Positions 9,191 through 18,055 of a stretch of 20,000 nucleotides of DNA are shown here, in pieces. The stretch is from an uncultured virus (IMG/VR IMGVR_UViG_3300028586_000786) (Duplodnaviria; Heunggongvirae; Uroviricota; Caudoviricetes): the IMG/VR virus record IMGVR_UViG_3300028586_000786, one strand, 5' to 3'. Positions within the stretch are counted from its first letter, which is position 1. Every line of letters starts with the position of its first letter. The notes below the pieces were generated by a model, which was not told the DNA's origin, did no database searches, and saw nothing but the letters and a program-made list of their open reading frames with translations. The position numbers were made by a program, and so were the translations under genes.

Positions 9191-9574
9191 TCAGATAGTA
9201 TCCAAGTAGCAAGTGCGCGGGAGGCCCTCGTCGAAGAGCGCTTCGTCGAAATAGCTGACGACCACGTGTGGCAACTCCCTCTTTACGGCGCAAGCAATGG
9301 ACAGGCCCTCACGGGCGAAGGCTGAGCGTGTGGCGGCATTGGCTTCGCCGGCGGGATTGCTGAGAATGTCACGCTCGAACCAGATAATCCATGCAGTCAG
9401 GCGGGCGCGTAGCTCCACAGAAAGGCCAAACGCCTCAGGGTCGCACTCGCGCACGGGAACGTCACGCCAGGCGCCGCCAGCAGGTGTCCGGGGCGTCCAG
9501 AGGCCGTTCGAGGCGAACTCGGCCATTACACGCAGATGGAACGGGGCAGTGCCGGGGTGGGGGAGGGCGGTCAT
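9191..9574 (-). CDS. hypothetical protein (starts MTALPHPG)
   Basis: 3' part of the long ORF is protein-like (LSVELRARLTAWIIWFE...GLSIACAVKREL); the 5' extension crosses a terminator. Confidence 0.65.
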   Translation of the reverse strand: MTALPHPGTAPFHLRVMAEFASNGLWTPRTPAGGAWRDVPVRECDPEAFGLSVELRARLTAWIIWFERDILSNPAGEANAATRSAFAREGLSIACAVKRELPHVVVSYFDEALFDEGLPRTCYLDTI

Positions 9575-9731
9575 GAGTAGTCTTTCAGGAATAGCGGCAG
9601 CATCTGGACGAAGCCAGAGGGCGCGGCGCCGGCGGGATGCCAGTGCAATTCTTGAAGACAGCCCGACTGAGAGAGTGCGGGGGGGCAGGCGGTATATCGC
9701 ATGTTGCTTATATGTGCGACTCGATGCCAAG

Positions 9732-9764
9732 AAAAAGCCGTGCGCGCAAGGATGCGGCACGGCT
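9732..9764 (-). terminator. intrinsic terminator
   Basis: AGCCGTGC...GCACGGCT hairpin with T tract on the minus strand, just after the stop at 9775. Confidence 0.7.
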
Positions 9765-9774
9765 ATGAAGGGTG

Positions 9775-11286
9775 TTACTGCGGGTCTTGACCTGACGTAC
9801 CAAGTGCCCAGATAGTGACTCGGCCGGTAGCCGGATGCACCTTGACGGATTGGCCCGGGCTGAGCTTGGAGCAGGCTCCGTCCATGCGCATGATTGGCTT
9901 GTCCTGCTCGCGGCAGACCGTCACCAGGTGAGCGAGACGTCCGCCCGCTTCGCAAACAACTGCACCGGCCGCCATCGCCTGGAGTTCGAACTCAACACCT
10001 GCATGGGGCACCACGAGGATGCTGTTGCGGTCGATATTCTCGCTGTCGGCAAATACGACGGTTCCCGAAACTTCCGGGCCGCGCGCCAGCACCTGCACTT
10101 CGAAGTTGAGCAATGTGCGCTGTACTTCGAACATCATGTCCAGGATAGCCCGATACTCACGGCTGTCATGGCGATAGGTCTTGGCGTCGATGGCGAAGCC
10201 GCAACCGAGCCAGACGTCCGTATGGAACGGGTTGTCCTCAGCCGTCTTGAAGCTGTCCGGGCTGATTGCCTCGTATTGCGGCATCAGGGCATGGGCCGAC
10301 GTCTGCGAGAGCGCGTAGCAGTACAACGCCCGCTTTGGTGCCCGCAGGGACAAGTACGTACCATCCTTCGGGTCGCGCCAGCGATAGTCCTGCCAGCCGT
10401 ACTCGCTGTCGCCATCGGCAAACGCAGTGATGCGTTCACGCAGCGCCAGAGCTTCTGCTTGTTGGCGGGCGGCGAAGGCTTCCGATGCTGCATGTTCAGC
10501 AGCGAGCTTTGCTTCCAAGTCCTGCTGTTCTTCCGCAGAAAGGGAGGCTGTGGCCGCGACCGGCTCAGGCTTTGCTGCTTCGTCCGGATGGATGAAGCCA
10601 TAGCGCTGGGCATAGCCGCTGGTAGGCAGGTAGCTGCGCGCCGACTCATACGCCTTCTTGAAGCAGGTGTTGTCGTTTTCGCGCCAGAAGGGTGCTACCC
10701 CTTCGGCGACCTGGCGGAACAGAACGATTACGTCATTCTGCCGGGTGCGGCTCATCAAAATGGCTCGGTCGGTGCGCGGATTGTCGGCGTAGTGCATGGC
10801 ACGCAGCTCCAGGGAGCGAGCTGGCAGAACAGTCGCGTATGCCGACTTCGCGTACACCGATTCCAATTCCGACGTCCATCGTTCACGCCTGACGAAGCAA
10901 GGCATTGCACTGTCCCGGTACTCCGGCAGTGCCAGTGCATGGTGGAAGTCGGCCTTGCCCAGTGTGTCAAGCACCAAGTAAGGCTCGTACATCACTTTGC
11001 CGTCCCGGACGAACTGGCCCAGGCAATATTCGGCGGTGTATCGCTCCTGCAGCTGCTGCATGACGTCAGGGTCTTCCGCCACCATCAGGATGGTGTCGTT
11101 TTCGCCTGTCAGCTTGAAGCGGCCTTCGATGATGCCAATGGCTTGGTCGTAGCTCATGCCGACCAGGTTGTCGACCAGGTGGGCGAGGGCGCCTTTCCAG
11201 TCGCCATCACCCATGCGCTCGCGCGCTTGTTCGGTCAGGCTGGCACCGCGGATGGTAAAGGAAATCATGTGGCTTGTAACGGTCAT
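9775..11286 (-). CDS. large protein with C-terminal PEP-utilizing enzyme mobile (phosphohistidine swivel) domain
   Basis: C-terminus AGAVVCEAGGRLAHLVTVCREQDKPI...G..V.V...G.V; AAGGA RBS; CTACAC 11322-11327. Confidence 0.85.
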   Translation of the reverse strand: MTVTSHMISFTIRGASLTEQARERMGDGDWKGALAHLVDNLVGMSYDQAIGIIEGRFKLTGENDTILMVAEDPDVMQQLQERYTAEYCLGQFVRDGKVMYEPYLVLDTLGKADFHHALALPEYRDSAMPCFVRRERWTSELESVYAKSAYATVLPARSLELRAMHYADNPRTDRAILMSRTRQNDVIVLFRQVAEGVAPFWRENDNTCFKKAYESARSYLPTSGYAQRYGFIHPDEAAKPEPVAATASLSAEEQQDLEAKLAAEHAASEAFAARQQAEALALRERITAFADGDSEYGWQDYRWRDPKDGTYLSLRAPKRALYCYALSQTSAHALMPQYEAISPDSFKTAEDNPFHTDVWLGCGFAIDAKTYRHDSREYRAILDMMFEVQRTLLNFEVQVLARGPEVSGTVVFADSENIDRNSILVVPHAGVEFELQAMAAGAVVCEAGGRLAHLVTVCREQDKPIMRMDGACSKLSPGQSVKVHPATGRVTIWALGTSGQDPQ

Positions 11287-11556
11287 GGGGGTGTCCTTGG
11301 AAAAAGTAGTTGTCCTCGTAGGTGTAGCGATTGCTCCGGCGAGTTGCTAGACTAAGCCTAGGCCATAGAGACAGCCCACCGGTCGGGCCTTCGGGTACGG
11401 TAAATCCTCTGTGTATTTCCCCTGGTTTCGAATCTACCCATCTCAAAATGCTGGGACGTTTCAACCTAAGCCAATCCGACCACCTTTTAGACCCTCTGTC
11501 AGTTGAACCGTCCTGGCGAATGGAGAGCATTCGACATGACCAAGGAAACTATCACC

Positions 11557-12699
11557 ATGAACCAAAACGAAATCGAACTGAAGGCTATCGCCAAGGCAGT
11601 CGGCGGCTCGCTCAAGCGAGCTGGCCACAGCGTTCCGCACAGCACCGTTTTGCATGCCGTGTCGGCCGCGCTCAACAAGCGTGACTGGCACAAGCTGAAG
11701 GCATCGCTCGAGGGGAAATCTGCAGCCCCGGCCACAAACCAGGATGCGAAGGCGCCCTCGACCGATATCTTCGGCATCGCGCGACAGCGCTACTCGGAGC
11801 GCACGCTCTTCGCACTTGCGCTGGCGCTCGCTTGCGGCTCCCCGGTTTCACCGGTGCCGGAGACGGACGAATTGGCCCTTGCTGCAGCGCGGGCGAACTT
11901 CCCTGCGGGGATTGACGGTGTGCTGTCCTGGAAGGGCTGGAATACGCCCGTGACGATGAACCCTCTTACGAGCGACATCGACGCAGGGGACTTCACACCT
12001 GAAACCGAGGCTGTTGGGCTCATGACGCTGAACCTGCCCGGCATCGAGCAACCGCTCAAGCTGGAAGTGGCGTTCAGCAAGAAGGAGAAAATCTGGTATC
12101 TCACGCAAGAGGGAGCGACTCAGGCGTATGCTCAGCTGCAAGTAGCTGTGCCGCTCACTGAGCTGTTCCCCCCGGTGATGCCGGGTGAGACCATCCGCGC
12201 CGAATTCTGGACGGACGACCGGGTTGTGGAGTGCGAGTTCGATGCACGGCCTTTCTTCATGCAGGCAACTGCGCATGAGATTGGTGGCATTATCGGCTGC
12301 GGCTATCGGGGAGACTATCCTACCGATGCCATTGCTCAGTACGTCTCCGACAAGCACCTGGACGCGACGCTCGAGAGTGGTTTCGACTACATCGGGCTGA
12401 TGCAAAAAGCCGGTCGCGAGGATGCGCCAGGCTTCGAGTGCAGCGTGGACCAGGAAAGCATGCTCAACTGGCTCGACAAGTACCGCCATGAGGAGCTTGC
12501 CATCGCCTTGTGCGAGAAGGTCGGCTACTTCCATGAGGAAGAGGAAGAGTTCATGGGTGGCGTCGAAGGCTACGCTTTCGTCCTGACCGGTGAAGAGTAC
12601 CAACCAGGTGCGCCGCTGTATGGCTCTACCGGAGATGCTGCCATGGTGGCCTACCGGGAACTGAACCTGCTCGAGAAAGCGTTGAGCAACGAGCTGTAA
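11557..12699 (+). CDS. hypothetical protein with N-terminal 'glyoxalase superfamily protein'-like helical domain
   Basis: LKAIAKAV...L...G..VPHS.VL.AV...L...DW motif; AAGGA RBS. Confidence 0.75.
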   Translation: MNQNEIELKAIAKAVGGSLKRAGHSVPHSTVLHAVSAALNKRDWHKLKASLEGKSAAPATNQDAKAPSTDIFGIARQRYSERTLFALALALACGSPVSPVPETDELALAAARANFPAGIDGVLSWKGWNTPVTMNPLTSDIDAGDFTPETEAVGLMTLNLPGIEQPLKLEVAFSKKEKIWYLTQEGATQAYAQLQVAVPLTELFPPVMPGETIRAEFWTDDRVVECEFDARPFFMQATAHEIGGIIGCGYRGDYPTDAIAQYVSDKHLDATLESGFDYIGLMQKAGREDAPGFECSVDQESMLNWLDKYRHEELAIALCEKVGYFHEEEEEFMGGVEGYAFVLTGEEYQPGAPLYGSTGDAAMVAYRELNLLEKALSNEL

Positions 12700-12771
12700 T
12701 CGACTAAAGTTATTCACCAAAACCCGCCGGCCATCGGCTGCGCGGGGTGTTATCGAAAAGTGAGGGAATGT

Positions 12772-13203
12772 ATGCAAGTAGGCACGATTAGTTCGTCGCA
12801 AATCGGCAAGTACAATCGGATGGACCCGAAGTTTCACCTCGCGGTCAAGTCGGTTGAAGCCGAAGTGGCTGCATTGGAAGCCCAGGGTAACAAGGCCGAG
12901 CTCGCTGCTCGACTGGAAGCGGTCTCGACCGCCGACCTGGGGCCTATCCTGGAGCCGCTGATGACGGGTTCGAGTTCGAACGGCTTCTCCCGCCGGGACA
13001 TCAACACTGCCATCGAGCGCTATCCCTATATCGCATACGCGCTGGTGGTCAAGGCTCGCGACGGCATTCGCGAACGGGCGCTCGAACGAGTTGCTCAAGA
13101 GCGGTCATACCTGGACGGTCTGAACGTGCTGTTGCCTGTACCGACTGCTGACCTTTCGGCTGCCGGTAAGGGTGCCGACGACGGTTCGCAGCCGCAGATG
13201 TAA
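12772..13203 (+). CDS. hypothetical protein
   Basis: GAGGGA RBS; helical protein; terminator follows. Confidence 0.75.
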   Translation: MQVGTISSSQIGKYNRMDPKFHLAVKSVEAEVAALEAQGNKAELAARLEAVSTADLGPILEPLMTGSSSNGFSRRDINTAIERYPYIAYALVVKARDGIRERALERVAQERSYLDGLNVLLPVPTADLSAAGKGADDGSQPQM

Positions 13204-13208
13204 TTCAC

Positions 13209-13237
13209 AAGCAGGCCCTTCTGGGTCTGCTTTTTTT
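13209..13237 (+). terminator. intrinsic terminator
   Basis: AAGCAGGCCC-ttct-GGGTCTGCTT followed by T run. Confidence 0.8.
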
Positions 13238-13348
13238 CGTTGGGGCGCTATACTTTTTCTCAACCAAAGGACATCTATTTCCCCTATGACTGCTCAGCCT
13301 ACGCACTTTGCTACACTGGTTAGGCCATAACGCGAAGGAGTAGGACCC

Positions 13349-14455
13349 ATGACATGCCAAAAACTGGCAAAGCAGGAAGCCGCGGCCTGGATGGTTGCGG
13401 CGAAAGGCGCCGAAGAGAGTTACCCGGGTGTTTTTGCTCGGGCTGAGGAAGTCCTGGTGCGGGCCGGCAAGGTGCAGTTGTCCTATGTCGATGCGCATAA
13501 TGTGGCGCTGGGATACCTGGAGAGGTGCCTCAGCCCTACCGGCCGCCTGGCCGTTCACGCAGCAGGATATTCCGAACAGGCCTACCAGCAGAACGTCGAC
13601 AAGTATGCGTTCTCGGCAATCGTCAGCCAGCTCGCCGTGAGCTGCAATTATCGGCTGTCTCAGCAAGTAGTCTCGTTCGACCCGACCATCTCGGAAGTAC
13701 TTGAATACGGCCGTGGTTCGAAGGCGGCGTTGAACAGTAAGGATGGAGAGCCCTTGCCCACAGAGCTATTGGGGCGTCTGCCTTTCGAGACCTTCGTCAT
13801 CGTGCCAAATTTCGGCTCCGTGCGCAGCTTCCTCGTGAACTGTGTTCGGGGCTGGACCGACGCTCCAGGGCAGCTCTATCTCAATGTCGTTGCGCGCCTT
13901 GAGGAAGCAGACGGGAGTGTCCGTCAGATTCCAGCAGCGGCGATGCTCGAGACGGGGCTGAGCCTGGCCGAGACTATCGACTTCACCCTCGGGCTATTCC
14001 GCAAGGCAGGACTCGAGGATGGCGAGGAGGTCGAGGACTATCATCGTCAAGTTTCTAGGGCGGTATTGGCGCAAGTGCTCCCCTACTTGCTCTACCTCTG
14101 CGCAGAAAACCGGGAGGTGGACGGAGACCTGGCGGCCGAGCCAAAACTTGTGTCGACAAAAAAAGGCAAACGTCTGTTCGCGCGCGATGCTCCCAACCTG
14201 ATGGAAGCGGGTGTTCGAATTGGCGCGGCTATTCGGTCGTACAGGCAGAGCTCCACGTCGGACATCTCCGCAGCTACGGGCGCCGGCGTAGTTCCGCATC
14301 TGCGGGCTGCACACTGGCATACGTTCTGGAAGGGCCCTCGCAACGAGGTCACCAAGCGTCACAGGATTCTTCATTTCCTGCCGCCAATTCCTGTCAACGT
14401 CGACAGACCTGGAGACCTGCAGCCGGTTGTCCGTCCAGTGCAAGTCGCAGCTTAA
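13349..14455 (+). CDS. AcrVA2/FinQ-like protein
   Basis: YRLSQQVVSFDP, LP.E.L..LP, LLYLC and C-terminal PHLRAAHWHTFWKG, recalled as the conserved motifs of this family. Confidence 0.7.
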   Translation: MTCQKLAKQEAAAWMVAAKGAEESYPGVFARAEEVLVRAGKVQLSYVDAHNVALGYLERCLSPTGRLAVHAAGYSEQAYQQNVDKYAFSAIVSQLAVSCNYRLSQQVVSFDPTISEVLEYGRGSKAALNSKDGEPLPTELLGRLPFETFVIVPNFGSVRSFLVNCVRGWTDAPGQLYLNVVARLEEADGSVRQIPAAAMLETGLSLAETIDFTLGLFRKAGLEDGEEVEDYHRQVSRAVLAQVLPYLLYLCAENREVDGDLAAEPKLVSTKKGKRLFARDAPNLMEAGVRIGAAIRSYRQSSTSDISAATGAGVVPHLRAAHWHTFWKGPRNEVTKRHRILHFLPPIPVNVDRPGDLQPVVRPVQVAA

Positions 14456-14465
14456 TTCTGTATTC

Positions 14466-14502
14466 AACCCCTTTGTTCGCAGTCGCGGCAAAGGGGTTTT
14501 TT
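14466..14502 (+). terminator. intrinsic terminator
   Basis: AACCCCTTTG...CAAAGGGGTT followed by T run. Confidence 0.8.
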
Positions 14503-14565
14503 GTCCGGCGACGGCGTAATGAAAAACCCGACATGCGTACATGTCGGGTTCTGAAGGGAGCGCGG

Positions 14566-14901
14566 TTACCAGCTGACTCGAATGAAGTAGCTGCCGGCAG
14601 GTAGAACGCCGCGGCGAACCAGGTCGTTTAGAACGATGCCGGCCTGATATGCCGGGATATCGCCGTCGGCAATTGCAGTCCTGAGAGTGGTCTCTTCCCA
14701 AGGCTGCAGCGAGCCGTCGACGTCACTGAATTCGTGCGTGGTGTCGTTCGGAGACTCCAGCAGTTCAATGCCTTTTCCGTAGACGGCAAGTGTGCCTTCC
14801 CTGAAGCTGATGTCCCGCAGATGGTAGCAGGTCTTCACCTTGAGGGCGAAGCTCGCAGTCAGCGGATTGATGGCGATAGGTGGGGTAGGGGAATTGCCCA
14901 T
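14566..14901 (-). CDS. hypothetical protein (starts MGNSPTPP)
   Basis: AAGGA RBS; CTATAC 14933-14938 on minus strand. Confidence 0.7.
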   Translation of the reverse strand: MGNSPTPPIAINPLTASFALKVKTCYHLRDISFREGTLAVYGKGIELLESPNDTTHEFSDVDGSLQPWEETTLRTAIADGDIPAYQAGIVLNDLVRRGVLPAGSYFIRVSW

Positions 14902-15000
14902 AGATGTCCTTGTATGTGTGGCGGGTAGAACCGTATAGGGAGGAAAAGCCTGGCGCTCAAGAAAAACCCCGCGCGCGGTCAAGCGGCGGGGGTTCGAAAA

Positions 15001-15354
15001 TCAGGCGTGGGCCAGTTCTTTACGCTGGTTCTGCTGTTTACGGGCGTAGGCTTCCTGCTGTTTTGCCTTGTGGGCAACTTCCTGACGCCAGGCGGCAATC
15101 TGGGCCGCATCGGTGACCAACTCGAGAGTTTCGTCTGCGTACATGCGGGCCTGGTAACGCAGCCGACGGCCGATAGCGGGGAACACCACCAGCAGCTGGT
15201 TCGTGTCCTTGTTGTAGAACGTGACCTCGCCGAGGCGGTCTTTCATCTTGGTCGCGGCCTCGGTAATGAAGCGCGAGAGCTGCGTCGGGTCGACGCGCAC
15301 GACCGAGCCAACGGGATACTTCTTGAGCGTTTCTTCTTGGGAGAGACGGGGCAT
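15001..15354 (-). CDS. hypothetical protein (SH3/KOW-like N-terminal part, coiled C-terminus)
   Basis: AAAGGA RBS; CTACAC 15394-15399. Confidence 0.7.
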   Translation of the reverse strand: MPRLSQEETLKKYPVGSVVRVDPTQLSRFITEAATKMKDRLGEVTFYNKDTNQLLVVFPAIGRRLRYQARMYADETLELVTDAAQIAAWRQEVAHKAKQQEAYARKQQNQRKELAHA

Positions 15355-15410
15355 GTTTTTGTCCTTTCAGGCGACATCAGTTAATCCTCTCCCGTGTAGC
15401 TACCGACCGC

Positions 15411-16361
15411 TCAAGCTGTTTCGCAAGCAGAGGCACTCGCTACCTTCTCGAGCCGTTCCCACTCTTTGCAGATAGCCCGGCCGCGGCGGTCCAGGTGCTT
15501 CAACTTCATCTTGAAGCTAACCGAATCGGCGCCGCCGAAGTCATCCTGATTAGCCCACAGCGCGCCCAGGGCGGCAACGAGCAGCAGCGGTGCGTCGACA
15601 TCGGCTGCGAAGGCCGGCACTGCCTCCGCTCCCATGGTATGAAGCTCCATGTCTCGCTGCATTAGGCGGGCTTCCTGCTCCGTTCCACCAACCGCGCGCC
15701 AGATTTCGGCCGATTTGTTGGCGTGGTCAGGGAAGTGAGCTCGCCCTTCAACCTCCTGGTACACGAAAGGCTTGCCGCAGTCGTGGTGTCCCAGGTAGCG
15801 AACGAGCACAGCGCGCTTCTCGCGGGGAAGCAGCAGCTGTGGGGAGCTAAAGAACCACTCAGGCACCCAGGCCGGCGCGGCTTCACGAGCCAGGTAGCCG
15901 TTTCGCACCATGGTAAGGATGTTTGCCTTTTCCCGCGTTTGCAGGCAGTGCTTCCACACACTCACCGAACCTTGAGGCGTAGCGCGCATCGCGCGGTTCA
16001 GGAAACCGCGCAGCACATCCTGCGGCACGCCTGCTTTGCGAGCCTTCTCAAACGCTTCTACGCTCAGCTTCGCCCGCGCCAGGCGCAAGGTCGATAGCTG
16101 CTCCGCCGTGAGCTCAGCGACAAGAGCCGGATGGATGCTGTCGTTGCCAATGCCCCGGGTGGCTTTCATGAACCCCGCGTAGGGGTCGCGGCCGTGGTGC
16201 AGTCCAGCCGGATTCGTGTAGGGGCAGAACCCGGACCATGGCTGCCAGCCGCGCAGCATGCTGAACAGAACGTAGTCCTGGGGCGTCGCGCTTTTGTCGC
16301 GGATACGTGCACGAATCGTTTCGATGCGAGCTTTGTCTTCAGGCGAGCGGCGGGTCTTCAT
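15411..16361 (-). CDS. fusion protein: unknown N-terminal domain plus HD phosphohydrolase domain (CCA-enzyme-type HD)
   Basis: ATGA overlap with the upstream stop; SVWKHC...HHDCGKP...G..HFPDHANKSAEI. Confidence 0.8.
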   Translation of the reverse strand: MKTRRSPEDKARIETIRARIRDKSATPQDYVLFSMLRGWQPWSGFCPYTNPAGLHHGRDPYAGFMKATRGIGNDSIHPALVAELTAEQLSTLRLARAKLSVEAFEKARKAGVPQDVLRGFLNRAMRATPQGSVSVWKHCLQTREKANILTMVRNGYLAREAAPAWVPEWFFSSPQLLLPREKRAVLVRYLGHHDCGKPFVYQEVEGRAHFPDHANKSAEIWRAVGGTEQEARLMQRDMELHTMGAEAVPAFAADVDAPLLLVAALGALWANQDDFGGADSVSFKMKLKHLDRRGRAICKEWERLEKVASASACETA

Positions 16362-16765
16362 GCTGCGACTCCTTCGGCGCGCGCCATCTTGAGCTTCCAC
16401 AGCGGGTAGCCGCGCAGCAGGGGGCGTTCGGCATCGGTCAAGGGGCGGGTGCCAATGGCCGAGTGCCCGGTATTCCAGTCCGGCTCGAAAAACATGTCGT
16501 GCTCGATGTCCAGGGACTCGAGGTGAGCCTTCGCCTTGTACAGCGCCGCCAGGTTCGGCACGGCCAGGACAATCAAGCTGGCGATACCGTGCTCCGGGCG
16601 ATAGAAGCTTCGGCCGGCTTCAGCGGCGGCATGTGCCGCTTGGACCATCTGCTGCTCCGGAGCCAGGTCAGTGCGCACGAAGGCGTAGATAGTGCGCTTC
16701 TGGCCGTCGTGAGCCAGGTCGGTGTTGCGTGGTGCTGCCTTGAAATTCGTCGTTTGCGTAGTCAT
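16358..16765 (-). CDS. peptidyl-tRNA hydrolase 2 (Pth2/PTRHD1)-like protein
   Basis: YAFVRTDL...VQAAHA, LIVLAV...L, FFEPD...SAIGTRP...L..YPL: PTH2-superfamily pattern. Confidence 0.85.
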   Translation of the reverse strand: MTTQTTNFKAAPRNTDLAHDGQKRTIYAFVRTDLAPEQQMVQAAHAAAEAGRSFYRPEHGIASLIVLAVPNLAALYKAKAHLESLDIEHDMFFEPDWNTGHSAIGTRPLTDAERPLLRGYPLWKLKMARAEGVAA

Positions 16766-16774
16766 GGGATGCTC

Positions 16775-16882
16775 TCAAAAAAAGGATTGGTCGAAGTTGG
16801 TCGAACAACGCTTTGAGGGCGGTCCCTGCGCAGTACGCAAGGTATGGGGGGTGCGACGGGTGGGGCAGGAAATCTATTGCAT
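16775..16882 (-). promoter_or_regulatory. leader ORF with in-frame amber codon: MQ*ISCPTRRTPHTLRTAQGPPSKRCSTNFDQSFF
   Basis: AAAGG RBS, ATG-CAA-TAG; read-through frame ends at a TGA overlapping the pth2-like RBS; 17 nt identical to the second leader. Confidence 0.7.
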
Positions 16883-16913
16883 GGCAGTGCCTTTCGGGTG
16901 TGGGGGATACGGG

Positions 16914-17417
16914 TCAGTTGTCGGCGGCGCCGAACTTTTCTTGCAAGCGCAGGTACTCGGCACGCTCGGCCGCTTCCTGCTCTTCGCGCCGGCGCACCGC
17001 CGCCTCTGCACGACGGGCCTCTTCGGCTTGCTTTGCCCGTTCTTCGGCGGCCAGCTTCTCGGCCTTCAGCTGTTCAAACAGAACAGTCACGCGAGCGTTG
17101 ATGGCAGCACGCGCCTCCTCCGCCCAGCCTTCGCCCGTCTCCGGGTTGCAGTGCGCTTCGACTTTCCAGCAATCCGGGTCGTTGTTGTCGTCGCGGCCGT
17201 TGAGCAGCAGGGTGTACTCGAACGAGCAGTACTCGCGACCTTTGCTCTCTTCGTCGAAGAGCCGGCGAGCCCATTCAGCAGCCACTTCCTCTTTGGTAAA
17301 ACAGACCTTCAGGAAGAAATCCGACGACGACCGCTCCATGACGCAGCCGCGGCAGGTGTCGACGCCGTCTTCGCGGTAGCCGATGAGCGTGTAGGTGAAC
17401 TCAGGTGCGATATTCAT
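16914..17417 (-). CDS. hypothetical protein with CxxC and C-terminal charged coiled coil
   Basis: ATGA-coupled to the upstream gene; GGGAG RBS. Confidence 0.75.
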   Translation of the reverse strand: MNIAPEFTYTLIGYREDGVDTCRGCVMERSSSDFFLKVCFTKEEVAAEWARRLFDEESKGREYCSFEYTLLLNGRDDNNDPDCWKVEAHCNPETGEGWAEEARAAINARVTVLFEQLKAEKLAAEERAKQAEEARRAEAAVRRREEQEAAERAEYLRLQEKFGAADN

Positions 17418-18052
17418 GCTGCACTCCCTTCAGTGTTTGCGTTGGACAGCAGGGCTTCCCAGGTAGCGGTGAAGTAGGCGGGCGCATAGTCGCCGTTGAT
17501 GTCCCAAGTCAGCACCAGGCCATCACCATCCACGGCCACTTCGTCAGGGTCCAGGTAGGCGCCCCAGTGAGACCTCGGGCACTTGCCGGCTTCCTGCGCC
17601 AGCTCTTCTGCACGCTCGCGGTACTTATCCCTCAAACCGTCGAGTAGGTGGGTCGGCTCACGTTGCTCCTCGGCGCGCAGGTTCTCCGCAGCTTGCTTGG
17701 CGCTGACGCACTTATGCTTTGCCGCCGAGATGGCTCGCTCCGCAGCGAGGGCCTGCTCCTTCAAGTCCTGCGCCTTGAGCTCGATACCGGCCTCCAGGTC
17801 GTCAGCCACTTCGCCGAGGCGAGGCAGCGCGTTCCAGTGCTGCACCGCGGTCTCCATCGAGCACCAGAATTGCTCGATGTCCGTGAAGCCGCAGGTGCGG
17901 CACTTGATACGCACCATCTCGGAGCTGTCGTAGCGGCTGTAGCCATAGCGATGCGCCGCTCCGTTACAGCGTGGGCATGCTTTCAGAGGGGCTTCGTCCC
18001 AATCAAAGTCCGCATCTACGTCGGTAGCGTTCATGTCGTTCGGCGTCGTCAT
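17414..18052 (-). CDS. Lar (restriction alleviation)-like Zn-ribbon protein with C-terminal extension
   Basis: LKACPRCNG...IKCRTCG...AVQHWN; GGAGG RBS. Confidence 0.75.
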   Translation of the reverse strand: MTTPNDMNATDVDADFDWDEAPLKACPRCNGAAHRYGYSRYDSSEMVRIKCRTCGFTDIEQFWCSMETAVQHWNALPRLGEVADDLEAGIELKAQDLKEQALAAERAISAAKHKCVSAKQAAENLRAEEQREPTHLLDGLRDKYRERAEELAQEAGKCPRSHWGAYLDPDEVAVDGDGLVLTWDINGDYAPAYFTATWEALLSNANTEGSAA

Positions 18053-18055
18053 GGA

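Noticed and set aside
9835..11355. 506-aa plus-strand ORF and other long antisense ORFs (4794-5642, 11848-13098, 16722-17477)
   Set aside because: Shadow ORFs of GC-rich genes on the opposite strand; no motifs, RBS or promoter box.
16787..16805. TTGGTCGAA tandem repeat, and the 17-mer repeat, as CRISPR or att sites
   Set aside because: Only two copies each, no spacer array, and no cas or integrase gene in the window.
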